From Phoronis australis (taxonomy: Eukaryota > Animalia > Phoronida): 64,000 nucleotides of DNA. The position numbers and the translations under genes were made by a program. Below the pieces are notes generated by a model. That model made no database searches and had not been told where the DNA came from. It saw only the letters and a program-made list of their open reading frames with translations. Below are positions 39,701 to 52,921 of the stretch, piece after piece. Each line of letters begins with the position of its first letter. The stretch's first letter is position 1. The DNA lies in contig NMRA01000406.1 of the NCBI GenBank assembly GCA_002633005.1, forward strand, positions 347,746-411,745, in the 5' to 3' direction.

Positions 39701-40890
39701 NNNNNNNNNNNNNNNNNNNNNNNNNNNNNNNNNNNNNNNNNNNNNNNNNNNNNNNNNNNNNNNNNNNNNNNNNNNNNNNNNNNNNNNNNNNNNNNNNNNN
39801 NNNNNNNNNNNNNNNNNNNNNNNNNNNNNNNNNNNNNNNNNNNNNNNNNNNNNNNNNNNNNNNNNNNNNNNNNNNNNNNNNNNNNNNNNNNNNNNNNNNN
39901 NNNNNNNNNNNNNNNNNNNNNNNNNNNNNNNNNNNNNNNNNNNNNNNNNNNNNNNNNNNNNNNNNNNNNNNNNNNNNNNNNNNNNNNNNNNNNNNNNNNN
40001 NNNNNNNNNNNNNNNNNNNNNNNNNNNNNNNNNNNNNNNNNNNNNNNNNNNNNNNNNNNNNNNNNNNNNNNNNNNNNNNNNNNNNNNNNNNNNNNNNNNN
40101 NNNNNNNNNNNNNNNNNNNNNNNNNNNNNNNNNNNNNNNNNNNNNNNNNNNNNNNNNNNNNNNNNNNNNNNNNNNNNNNNNNNNNNNNNNNNNNNNNNNN
40201 NNNNNNNNNNNNNNNNNNNNNNNNNNNNNNNNNNNNNNNNNNNNNNNNNNNNNNNNNNNNNNNNNNNNNNNNNNNNNNNNNNNNNNNNNNNNNNNNNNNN
40301 NNNNNNNNNNNNNNNNNNNNNNNNNNNNNNNNNNNNNNNNNNNNNNNNNNNNNNNNNNNNNNNNNNNNNNNNNNNNNNNNNNNNNNNNNNNNNNNNNNNN
40401 NNNNNNNNNNNNNNNNNNNNNNNNNNNNNNNNNNNNNNNNNNNNNNNNNNNNNNNNNNNNNNNNNNNNNNNNNNNNNNNNNNNNNNNNNNNNNNNNNNNN
40501 NNNNNNNNNNNNNNNNNNNNNNNNNNNNNNNNNNNNNNNNNNNNNNNCCCCCCCCCCCCTAAATCCGCAACTGGTTATCAGCTATCGGAAAGTCTGTATA
40601 CCATAGAAACACTTTTGTATGTCTGTGCTGCACACCAATATCCGTCAGTGTTAGTGCTTCATGGTTCAGCAAGTTACACAGGTGAAGGATCAGACATTTT
40701 TACTGAATGCTGGCAGTCAATTAAAATTAAAAATGAATTTCATACTGAAATCTCCATGTAAACAACTTCAATTCTGTCAGCATAGTCAGGTAGCAGCCGT
40801 GCGAGAATCTGTAAACAAGTCCGTAACTGCGGCGTTACGGGCAGTTCAGCATTTTACGGAGTGCGGAGGTACATGATGTCATTAATGAAA
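36750..40890 (+). repeat. Satellite array A, ~190-bp degenerate unit (core GTTGCGTTATCGTTCTGCA), with higher-order blocks
   Basis: Core recurs at ~36875, 37016, 37213, 37378, 37563, 37764, 37937, 38152, 38332, 38521, 38716, 38921, 39119, 39383, 39581, 40655, 40830. Confidence 0.85.
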
Positions 40891-40985
40891 ATAAAGACAC
40901 TACGTTTAATTTAGCAGTTGTTGCATTATCTCATCTCACTACAGCAATAGTGAGAGTCCAATAAGCGTTGGCTTCAAACAAAATC

Positions 40986-41408
40986 AGTGCCGTTTACACT
41001 TACAAAGTTGACACGGATCAGCTGACACGGAACAAGTTGTTCCAGCGTGTAAACGGACTGACACGGAGCAAATTGACACCGCGGTGACAAATTTTTGCCA
41101 CCCGTGTGTGAGGTAGAGCAATTTGCGCCCGAGCATCTTGCGCCGTGTCAATTATGAATCTAAACGCGAAACTGGAGAAAGGCGGAAAGGATCATCTCTA
41201 TTGCGCTTGTGCAATGACCTTCATATGGGTTCTTTGTCTCTGCAACTCTCGTCATTTGTAAACCTGCGCATGTGCGATCCAGTCTTTCCAGCCTGCAATT
41301 TCCGTCTTGCCACGTTTAGTGAGTTGTGTATGCAAACGGCCGCTTGACACGAGTCAATTTGCTCCGTGTCCGTTGCGCGGGGCTAAAAGTTGATGTCTAA
41401 ACGGGACT
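40986..41408. mobile_element. Nested Harbinger-like MITE
   Basis: TIR AGTGCCGTTTACAC / inverted AGTCCCGTTTAGAC; internal inverted TGACACGGAGCAAATTGAC motifs; TSD unclear. Confidence 0.55.
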
Positions 41409-41571
41409 ATAGGCCTACTCACTCGATACGAAATTCGTCTATTTCCGTGTACGGAAAGTGTCAAATATTGTATCGAATGAGCTTGCTCGCTATACATGCC
41501 TTATAACCAAAGATGGTGTAACTATAATATCTTTGTTATAAGTCACGTCAGAGATCCATAGACGAAGAGCT

Positions 41572-41923
41572 GGGGCCCGTTCCATGAAAATTGACTTAGC
41601 TTAGACCAATCTTAACTTTCAGCCAATTTTAAGATAAAACTTAAGTTTGTTCCAAGAAAGACACCTTANGGTTCAATTCGGTGACATTGGGTTTATCACC
41701 CCTCTGGGCATTTTTGCCTGCTGTGAGCCGTACTTCACTCTTAAGTTTGTTCCAAGAAAGACCTCTTAACTAGAAAGTCATCTTAACCTTGACTTGGGTT
41801 TTTTACTTTAAGTTCTGTCTTAAGTTCAGCTAACCGGAAGTGGAATTTTCAAAGTTTGGAAGTTGTGACATGTCTTGAAATTAAATCATAAATGAACTGA
41901 AGCCAGTTTCTTGGTACGAGCCC
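41572..41923. mobile_element. Nested MITE (GGGCCCGTTCCATGAAA-type termini, CTTAAG/CTTAAC-rich interior)
   Basis: Imperfect TIR GGGGCCCGTTCCATGAAA vs inverted GGGCTCGTACCAAGAAA; contains a single N. Confidence 0.45.
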
Positions 41924-44900
41924 AATTGATTGTATTACTATAGTAGCTTATTCTACGTTCTTGTTAGTATAGCGTTTTAAAAGTGAGAAATGTGGTGTTT
42001 TGGTGAATTAACTTCACATTTTCTGTGTCCCAGTCAGGTGCTGCGCCTTCGGTAACGAAAACGACGCTCTGCGTGGAGACTCGGGCGTTTATTTGTCGAA
42101 CTGCATGCTCAAATTTTCCTTTGTAAGCTACAATAAGTAATGGGTATTCCAGTAACATGGATTTTGTTCAAAAGGCAGAAAATTAAGTGAGATGCTGGAA
42201 TTTGTTTACTTGACTTGGCGACGTAGCGCGAAAGACGGGCACAGCCTCGCTAACTCAAGTAAGTAAATTCTAGTAATTGACTTATTTTTATGTACTTTGC
42301 TACCAAAAGTGAAGGTCTCAAAATTTCATGCTTTTATGAATTTATTGCTTTGACTAACATCGAGCTTCTTAAACACTTCTAACGCTCGTTTTATAAAACT
42401 GAGTCGTTTCCATTATCAGTTACCTTTGGCAACAGGTAAGTGTTTCAGTTCTGTTGAGTTGCTTACTGGTGCCGTTTCGTTTAACCAATCTTTCGTTACT
42501 TTTTAGTTACCGTTTCATTCCGTTTTAATGGTGGACAAATGAGATATGATTTAGCACCACTTGTCATTATCCGGAATTTGATTTGATATAAGACTCAATT
42601 TCGGCATAGTGTGCATTCCTGAGGGATAACAAAATATCGAGAAAAGTGAGCCAAAAGTATCAGTTTTCGTTTGACTCCGCAAAAGCAAGCAACCTTGTGT
42701 TCTGCTGGTCACCTAGGTATACTGTATGTAAAGTTTGCTTAATATTTACAACTGCTCGTTGCCTTATCGACCTTTAGTAGAATCGGCTGAGCTACCAAAT
42801 ATTTATGACATCATAAAATTGTACTCCACACTGAGATAAAAACAAAGACGCATTTTCTAAGGCAATAAACAATAACAAAAACAGACTGAGTACATATTTA
42901 AATTTGTTAAAAAGATACTGAGCCCCCTTTTGATTATTTCCACCAATCCTCGTTGTCATCTCTCCTGGTGCTCCTGGCGCCAATCTTCTAGGTAAAACGC
43001 AGGAATCGGGTAAAAATTCATACTCCTTACGTCACAGATTGGACATTATGATTCTTAGTGGATGGTCTATTCCGCGCAACTGGGAATTGGCGGGAAGTAT
43101 ACATTGCTGTTATCTGCCCAATCAGCCAGCATTGCACGCAGGGTAGTTCCAATTTATTAAACGCTGTACCCTTTGATCATATTTCCCAAACGTCGACCAA
43201 ATTCGGATGTACTGCAATCTGCAAAGTTCTCTTTAGATTACTGAGCGTTAGTAACTGCCAAACTTTCGAACCATGCGTGCTTTCAGAATTGAGTAATTAT
43301 ACACCATCACATCTTAGGACGAGAGAATGAATTGAAGAAGTTTTTGTCAGGTTACTTAATGCTCATAGCGTTGGAAAGGATAAGAACCCACTTCTTCGAA
43401 CGCATTGCTCCAAAGGTTCACTATGAAGGTGCACTACCCTGAAAATGTATGAAATTTCAGACTGAGGAGTAATTTTTTATACTTCCATATCATGATATGC
43501 AAAAATACACATTTCGGTTTAGACGTAGTGGCGTACCTAGTATACCGAGAACACTTTAACTGTTTGGGTTTCTTGCGCTTTCGAAAATGGGCTCCAAAGC
43601 ATTTCTTATGAAGATGAAAAAGTGAATGCGTACTTGCATTTTGGACACATAAAGTTGGAATACTGATGAATTATTAACCTATATGTCAAGATCGCATTGT
43701 TTCACAGCGCGACTGAAAAGTCTATCTCTGGCGCTTCAGTCATCCACCAAATAGGAAACGCGCGCATGTCCGGGTCGGAACTAAATGCAGTAGATTACCC
43801 TATCCTTGCCAGTCTTCACCAAGTCCGAGAGTCAATGACACCCAGTCTTCCGAAATTTAAAGCCGCCCGTACATGTAAGTCGCCACAAAGCAGAAATAAA
43901 ATAAATAATCCTCGTGCCCCGCATGTTGTCTCTGTTTAAAAATGAGTGGTATTAGATTCAAAGGTCACGATTGTGAGTGACTGGAACTGAGGTCGTTTGC
44001 GAACACTGCAATTAATGTTTTAAGAACTATTCAACGTTTGCGCACCTTAATGGATGCTAAATGAACACAAATACTTTGTGGGTGTCAGTTCCGCTAAACT
44101 GTCTGATGTGACATGGTTTAACACCAAGAGTAATAATGATACCTGAAACCTTGTAAATCTCTTCCCGGCATCAAATTTGCTGCTCTGCGAGGTTGTGTAC
44201 ACAAGAGAACACTTTTCTTCATTGATTAAAGATTTTATTAGGTCTAAACCTGCTTTTACCAAATAATATGGACATGCTAGTCCTCCCACAAGGAGGGATT
44301 TTCTCAGTGCAAGAACACACGGTAGTAAAACGTCTGCTTTTCAACAACGGTAGAGGACTGCTTCTTGAAGTTTTGTGTGCTGTATTGAAATAATGAAAAG
44401 GCATATGTCACATGCATGTCAATTTACTAACCAATCCACAACCAAAGCGGGCTCTGGATGATCAACATATTCGGCGATCACCTTCAATTCGAAAATCAAA
44501 AAAGCCTAGGCTGGCAACTATACCAAAAAATCAGATAACAAACTTATGTTCTGCTGTTTTGTTGGTTTATCCATTTTTAAGCGATGGACATATTACTTTG
44601 ACACCTCTCGTTGCTGAAATAGCTGGCACCGTCACCACGCACGTTCAATGTGGTAGTCGGTGGGTTTAATGACTCACTAACATAAAGTGTCTTCTAATCG
44701 TCGTCTGCAGGAACCTGTTATCCAGTACACAAACACATGACCACTTGGCAAAGTTGGCCGGGTACTATACGGCTCGATATAGTGCTTTGATTTGCAGAAC
44801 CAAATTTGAAATTATTACCAACTTCATTATTATAGTAGTTAGTAGTACCAGTAATAACTACAAAAAAATGTTGATGTTTTTCATCTATATGCTATGCGTA

Positions 44901-47900
44901 ACGGATACGCTAGGGCTGGATTTTTTCCACGAGGGGATTCCATCGAACTCCCCGAAACTCCCCCCCCCCGTGGCTACGAGCCTGCTGCACAAAAGTGAGG
45001 AATCTGCACGTCTGTTTTCTGTTCCATTGCGGTTTCTGTTAAAAGTTAATAAAGCGATTCGTACATAATTGCCCCCGCTAACAACCAGTTTATTGTGTAA
45101 AGCGCATCGCGAGCACCTGTCCCTAGTTGGCACGGGCATAAATGACGATCAAAAAGTGTTCCTTCATGCCACAGTCAGGAGCTTCTCATATCAGGAATAA
45201 TGGGCCTTCACGCAAGCGAGGTAGTCTAGCAGATCTGCGTTTGCTTACATTAGATTTTTTAACAACTGAGTATAACATACAGCGGGATTCCCAGTGAAAT
45301 CTTTTATCGACAAAGTATCCCGTTAAGTGTAACTTGGGTTGTTGTCAACCGGGGTGGAAGACAACAGTGCCACCCCCTCAGATCATCACCAGTTACGAAC
45401 CGTCTCATGGGCGTCACAGTCCTCCCCTAGTCATCACTGATTTGCGTCCCCGGCTTCTTGTACGTCAATGCCAATTTCGAGTTACCAGTTGTCTGGGTGT
45501 CGCCCAGGTAGGTGGTCTTTCCCACTTGCTAAGACTGTAGCTGCGCACTTTGATACAATCTGGCTCCCGTTGGAAGAATGGATTTTCCAAAATACACCCA
45601 TTACGCTTATTTTTAGTATAACTCTGGCAATTCCCTGTGACGTCAAAAATGCACTCCACACTGAGATAATAACAAAGGTCGTAATATCGAGTAGATTTTG
45701 TTACGAATATAAACATAAATATATGAAAAACTGACTAGTGTAAATGTAACGGCGGCGAACTGATAATATGTATGGCAAGACATGCTCTTGACTATGCTCG
45801 CGTTTCACGTTGTCTCAGATTTTTATCATAGGACTTGGAAGCTAGGAACCAGGTGCCAGAAAACACAAAGCTGTTTTTCATTAATCGACAATCTATGGAG
45901 CGATGGCAGCCGCTTGGCGTCTGGTCCATTCCGAAGTGAATGTCAGGGTGCGTGCTTGATCCCGCGTCTATTTCGATTTATTCAAAAGATACAGAAGCTC
46001 GGTGGTTTTAAAATTAGATGTCATAGTATTAAGACAAATATAACCATGACATTGAAAATGCTGAATATCATCAATGTCAAAATGACACCATGTTGCCGAT
46101 GATGTAATCTTGCTGGAATGATTATACTTTGTTTTCGTAATTGACCAATAAATACTGTCGGCTTTTAATTAACAATTAGATATCGAGGAAAAAACATTTT
46201 GGGTTTGTAGATGAACTGCCCGTTTAATAACTAAGGATGCTGCTTACGCAGTTGTATAAAGTCTTGGTTTCCTCGACTGCGTCTAAAGTGTGTACAGAGC
46301 GCATTCACGTGGAGGTTAGACACTCGTTTCTTTTAACAGCCCGGGGGAATTTTTGAAGTAGTGCTTCGATCTGTGTTTTCGCAGTAATTAATCAAAACAT
46401 TTTTGTCAAATAAGAAGGTCAGGCAAGACTAGTCTGCTAAAAAGTGCTGTAAGTTTGGAAAAAATGAACATCTGTGCATTCATAACTCGTTAGAAACTTT
46501 CTTTGTAATACTGCGACTGATGTTTGTTTATACAACTGGAAACTCGACCCAGGGTGATGACACCATCTGTGCCAGGCCACAGGCAGTGCTGAACTTCAAT
46601 GGAACAAATTTATGGACATGTACTGTAAGCGTAAATGTATCTTTGGGAAATATGTGAGTTGATTTTGACCAAAAGCACCATTGTGCTAATTTACGATTAA
46701 CTTTCATAATGAAAGAGAAAACTGCAACAGTAGTGAAATAACCGAATGCTCCTGTACATTCCACTCTCAGACAGCAGACGGCTTATCACTGTCATAAATC
46801 TAAGGGGGAAGACGAAACGTAAATACAACCACTACATGCTTCTATTTGCAGTAAGCTACCCCAACTTGGGGGCACAGGAATTTAGACAATGAGCAAAATT
46901 GTTCATATTGCAACCTCAGAATTCATTATGGAACATATCACAATTCTTAATTCTGTACAAATATATTTATTAATTCGTATATTATTTATTCTGAGCTTTT
47001 GAGGGTAGACGAAGGTCACAATGCATTTGTCCCAAATATCTGTGACTCGTGGGATGCCACTTAACGTCGACTAATACTCAAGAATAGACTGGATTAAACT
47101 GTAAGCGATTAGGATATAAACTCGGTTCGCGAATTCTGATCTGACCTCCACTACGGCCGCCAGCATTCGTGTGAGGTCAGCGGCAAGCCCGTACAAGAGG
47201 GTCTTGGTTACCATTCACCATTCAGTGCCACGCATGGAGTGGGAGTGCCAATTTACTCTTAAATGCTGAAAAGGCACATATTCTCGGCTTTTCTGGCCAC
47301 TCACAAGTTAAAGCAGTCATTACTGCTGGGCTTTCATAATTAACCACGCTGTGGGAAACAAGAACTGCCCTGTGCGACAGATTTATGCAGTGGTTTTCGT
47401 GTTGATGAAATACAGTTGTTTTGGTGTCGAACTAAGTCTTTAAGTATCCTTCTAAAATTCGAAACATGCGTCAATCACTAAGGCCGACGGCCTAGCTTTT
47501 CACAAGTTTCCGAACATCGCTTAATCTGAGCACCATTCTAAACTTTCGATCGATTCATTTGGAAATAAAAACAATCTGCACGCATTAGTTTTTCGTCGAG
47601 AGGAATGCTTTTTCATCTACTGCGCGTGTACGAATTATTGTCGCCGGCCGTTGATACGTACGGATCATTAGAATGTTCTTAGGACATTTTTAAGGCTCAC
47701 ACGAATTTTTAGAGTGTACCAAGAATCAACGTAAACACACTTCACTTGAAAACGGCTGCAGCTTGGTCAGGCCTCTGATCACTGTGGTCTCATTTTTAGG
47801 TCATTCAGCGTTCACTTGCATTATGATTCGGCTTTGAAGAATGAGCTCATTTCTGTCATTTTCAGTTTTGCGTATGATGCGTTTATGGCAACTTGAGAGA

Positions 47901-47989
47901 GACCTTGGCCCAATACTAGTTGTTACACATATTTTAAAATAATAATGGATTTGTACCGCATCAATGAAAAAAGCGCAAACACGGAGTTC

Positions 47990-50600
47990 CATTCTGCCAG
48001 TCAGTCATTTTTCAAAAAGTAGTTAATTAATTACTTTATAAAGTCGTTAATTTCTCTAAATGCGACAAACGCGAGCAGCGTGATTAGATTTCAGCCGTAC
48101 GCACGCGTGAGAATCTGCCTATTTTCTTGTTAGTTGCGTTACCGCTCTGCACAAATGACTGAGCGTGAACTTGGGAGTTCTTTAATGAATACTGCCAGTC
48201 AGTCATTTTTTCATTAGCAGCGACTTTAGATATAAAGTTGTTAACTTCCCTCTCTACGACAAACGGGAGCGGTGTGGTCAGATTTCAGCCATACGAAAGA
48301 TTGGTAGCCTATTTTTTAGTAGTTATTGCGTTATCGGCGGCAAGAAATTTTAGAGCGCGATCATGTGAGTTCTTGAATAAATACTACATGCACTGCAGGA
48401 CTGTTCTGAAACCCCCTCGACCCACAACTTCCACGACGCCCTCGACCCACGAAACCATCGACCTACCACTTACATTATCCAAAGCCAGGTTTGGCTCCGT
48501 CAGGTTATCGGCTCTCGTACATTGGGCTTCGTTGGGTCTGTACAGCCGTACAAGCCGTCACAACCAACAGCGTACAGCCACCCGTTTCAAATGCACCATA
48601 AAAAGGCGTACATAATAATAGTAATCCCGAACTGTTTTTCAGTTTGGCGAATCAGAGCGCGACTACAGCTGTCTGGGAAAGTTGGCACGCGAGCTGTCAC
48701 GCGCTGTGTCTGCACGAGACCTGCTGTGAGGAGTCAGAGAGTACACTAATGTGTTCGTCCACTGTAACAAGGTGTTATGCAACAAAACTCAAAATTCAAT
48801 TTATCAAGACATGGACTGTGCAGCACTGAAATAAGTGGGGGACTATAACCCTATGGGCCGTCCATGACAGATTATTTTTCAAAAAGGGTAAAATACATTA
48901 AACGCCTTGAACGACAGTTCTATACCTGACACTGAGTGATTACAATGAAGAGATAGAATCGGCGACAATGAAGCATGAATCATGATGAAAAATGCCCCAC
49001 CTTCAACTGAGAGTTAAACTGATTTTATCTTAGACAACACTTCAACAGCTGCTCGGAGCATTTTCAGAAAAGTATTCGATTTGTTACGTGAATGTGCTTT
49101 TATTTGGCTTTTATTTTCGCAAAAATCTCCAATGCCAATGATCGTCGACCTCTCTGTTCAACCGCGTGACGGCAGTTATGTCTTCGAGGAAAGTCACTCA
49201 CCAATTAACGTAACAAGATTATGAAATATGTAAAGAAAACGTAAAAATACCTATCGCCACTGGTTGTGGGTCGAGAAGGTCGCAGATCGAGGGGATTGTG
49301 GATCGAGGGGGTTGACTTGTGAGTCGAAGGGTGTGGGGATCGAGGGGGGTCTTTTAACAATCCCTACGAGCAGAATGCGAGGTTTGGAGATTTAATAACT
49401 ACTGCAACTTACTCATAATGGTGGACTTCAAGAAAAGTTGAACTAACTCCTCTACAAGCGACAAACGTATCTGCGTGGTCAGATTTCAGATTTACGAGGG
49501 AATTGTGGCCTATTTTCGTTGTTGCGTTACCGTTCTGCACAAACGGCTGAGCACGAACTTCTTCGCTCCTTAATGAATACTATGTCATATTTTAAATCCG
49601 TAGCTAATTGCCAACTTTATATATTATCTATTTGCCGACTGCTATACGTTCGACAAAGGGGAGTACGTTTTCAGATTTCAGCCGGAGATTTGTAGGCCTA
49701 TCACTATTTTTTGCGTTACCGTTCTGCACAAATGGTGATCGCGAACTTGGGAGTTTTTTGATAGATAACTGATTATTATTCACATCTTACGTAATAGTTA
49801 ATTACCGACTGTTTATAAGTTGTAATTTCTCTGCAGGCGTAAATGGGAGTTGTTTTGAGGGCATTAGGGGAGATTTGTATTTTCACGATTGTTGCGCTAA
49901 CGTACCGTTTTGCACGAATGGCTGTGCGCAAATTTGGAGTTCTTTAATGAATACTTTAGGTCAGTCATAATTTAAATTAGTAGCTCAATGCTGACCTGAT
50001 ATCTAAGTGTTTAATTCTCTATATGCCGCAAACCAAAGCTGCCATGTCAGATTTCAGCCACATTTTAGATTTATATGCCTATTCTACAAAAAGACTTAGG
50101 TTTAACTCGGAAGCTCTTTTAAATGTTGGCTTCTTAATACGTTCTTAATTTCTGTGCAGGTGACAAACGGGAAATGTGCGTGATCTGATTTAAGCTGCAA
50201 GAGAGATTTGTTACATTACCGTTCTGTAGGAATGCAAAGTTCGGAGATCTTTAAAAACTACTGTTACTCTCTCAAGGTCGGCTTTAAGTAAATAAACGTT
50301 GAGCTAACTTGTCCACATGCGGCATACCGGTTTTGCGTTGAGCTAACTCTCCTACGGACGGGAAACTTAAAACTGCGTGGCTAGATTTCAGACCCTTCGG
50401 GAGATCGTAGCTTACGGTATTTTCGTTATTGTTGCGTTACCGTTCTGCACAAACGGCTGAGTGCAAACTACCCGGAGTTCTCTATAAACACTGCAAGTCA
50501 GTAATAATTTAAACTAGTAACCAATTGCCCACTTCATATGAAGTTGCTAATGTGCTTCATGTGGCAAATGGGAACTGTTTTGTCACAGATTTCAGCCCAA
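47990..50600 (+). repeat. Satellite array B, same ~190-bp family and same orientation as array A
   Basis: Core GTTGCGTTACCGTTCTGCAC at ~48133, 48326, 49521, 49710, 49891, 50213, 50431. Confidence 0.85.
48397..49365. mobile_element. Nested TIR element inserted into satellite array B
   Basis: AGGACTGTTCTGAAACCCCCTCGACCCAC vs inverted AGGGATTGTTAAAAGACCCCCCTCGATCCCCAC; subterminal CCCTCGACCCAC repeats at both ends; satellite resumes afterwards. Confidence 0.6.
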
Positions 50601-52921
50601 TATCAAAAAGTAAACGAGTCCCGTACGGCTGCTTTCAAACTACCGACACAGGCCCCGTTAGACTCTTGCAGAGAATGTAACTGCTTTGTACGAAGTTTAC
50701 AATTATCAATTAAGTTCAAAATATGAAATACAAAGAATGTGAACACAAATTATCCTAGGCTCAAGAAACACCGAGGTGTTCTATACAGACTGCCATTTAG
50801 GAGTGAAATCTTGCTCAGATCATGAGGTCACTAAACATCTCAAATACCCTGTAATTCACATTTTCCAGTCGAATTTAGCGGGACGCTCTCGAGGACTTAG
50901 GAATATCATCAGGTAATTTCTCATTGACCAGTTTCATGAATGTCTAACAAATTGTCACATTTGATATAAAATACTCCATAGTTGGGCGTGGACTAATTCT
51001 TGCTGTGACTGTAAGGGCATTCGAGATTTCATCGCTACATCATGTTCAGCACACATACGTAATATATGAAAAGGTGCGTCATATTACGAAAAAACGTGTA
51101 ATATGACGCATGTTTGCGTGATATGACGCAGATTTGTGTGATATTACGCATATTTGCGTTACGGTGACGCACGCATGCGTTATATTACGCATTTTTGCGT
51201 TACGTTACGCTCACAATTTGCGTTACCGTTACACACATTTTTCTTAATTGCCAATTAACAAAAGTTCGTTTATTTGTTTTTCAAAATAAAAACAGAAAGG
51301 TGTTTAGAGAGTGAATGACTTTCATGTCAAGTCATTTTTGAGTACAATACTTGGATATTTTACATTTGCGTAACGTTACATTCCAGTTTGGGACTAAATG
51401 AGATTTTCCCTATTTAAATAAGATCGACTTATACATAGTATGTTTCTTTCTGTGTTGAACAGCCAACACCGACCTCCCAGAAATTTTTTCAAAGCCGAAG
51501 TGCTCAACAATCACATGATACGTAGTCAGTCGGCTGCGAAAATAATGAAGCAAAAACACGTCATGTAATAAGTCAACAGGCAAATCAAGAGTTCAAAAAA
51601 TAAGTTTTTGACCATGTATATGTGGATAGAATGTTCGACTTGTGCTTAATTACAAGTTAATTTCTTGCGCAGTTGTTTTTGGTTGGATGCTTTCTTGGTG
51701 TCAGGAATGAGTCGTTAAAAACATTGGTTTAACAAAGACATGAAACAATGGCCCGTATCTGCTTGCATTCAAAACAATGCATCCAAAATAATGTTGGTGG
51801 AGTTTCCAAAATTGTTGGTCAGGTACCAGCCACGTGTGCTCGTGTTTTTTTGTTTCATTGCTCAGGGTGGTGATGTTTCGTGTACTGTCAGGGTAATCCA
51901 GAGAGGTAGGCCATGGACTTGAAATTCTTGTCAAGTACCGCTTTGTTGGTTCTTCCGTGGCAATGAAATACATTCAACAAGTGTTGTCTCAATAATCAGG
52001 ATATGTCGACACGAAATTCCGCGCTTAATCTAGCATGAGAATATGGGTATTTTACCGCCATAGTAAGGCAAGTTCCCGGTTCCACTAAAACTTGATTGAT
52101 TGTCATTGAAAGGTAAGCGAGTTACGCACGTTTTGGAATCTTAGTTTTGCAAGACGAACATTCACAAAAGCACACATTTTAAGGAGGTCTCGATCATAAA
52201 AAATGGGGGGTTGGCGGTAAGCCAAGCACGAGCGCTTAAAAATGAAAAATTGAAAATTTCGGGGGTGGGCAGTAAGCCGAGCATGGGCGGTAACCCGGTC
52301 GAGTACGATATATTGTCTTTAGACACAAACTTAAATTGAGAGACGCAGTGTCACATGGAGGTGTACAGAAAAATTTCATGTTTTTTGAAATGTACACATT
52401 GCATGTATGTGGAATATGATACATGCTATAATGGACAAAATTTCAGATCCAATCATCAAATTTGCCGAAGAACATGATTATGACCATGAAGACAATCCAG
52501 CGCCTGTATTCAATGTGGCCAAAATTCCTTGGAGAACTCTCTGCTTGAGGTAGGTATAAGGTATTTAATAACACCATTTGCAAAGTCACCATATGCAAAA
52601 AATGCGGATTCGTACGTAAATCAAGCCCCCAGTGCGCAAGTACGCACGACCAGGTAAAAATACGCAAATTCAAAAGAGATTATTATTTCGCTTGTTCCTC
52701 AATAAATGCGCTGATTTGTAGTTGAAACGAACAAGGAAGAAGATTTTAAAGTTAAAAATTAAAAAATATATTGTAAAATCATTATTTTAGCCAAAAAGGT
52801 GAGCTACAAACTCGGAAAACTTGCTTTGTTTCATTCTCGAAATAGCCTGATAATTGGCGAATCGCGAGGCCTCTTCTATCGGTATGTGTGTCACAGGCCT
52901 AACCTATAGGCAACGACTTCT

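Larger units (their letters stand above)
36237..51430. mobile_element. Large (~15.2 kb incl. gap) foldback-like TIR element with internal satellite arrays; superfamily unassigned
   Basis: The first 34 bp (AGTCGATCTTATTTAAATAGGGAAAATCTCATTT) are a perfect inverted match to 51397-51430. Imperfect TIR extends ~470 bp (36237-~36705 vs ~50945-51430) and includes ~20-bp tandem subrepeats. TA on both sides. Confidence 0.8.

Noticed and set aside
42954-43312. Minus-strand pseudo-exon (…CPICDVRSMNFYPIPAFYLEDW…)
   Set aside because: About eight in-frame stops and no recognisable family; cannot be supported without a search.
36750-50600. Regularly spaced conserved core (GTTGCGTTATCGTTCTGCA) as a CRISPR-like repeat/spacer array
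   Set aside because: The intervening sequences are homologous to one another (whole-unit satellite), not unique spacers; eukaryotic context, no cas genes.
36237-51430. Maverick/Polinton assignment
   Set aside because: Size and AG terminus fit, but flanks show no 6-bp TSD (ctgata vs tataca) and no pPolB, integrase, ATPase or capsid ORFs are visible.
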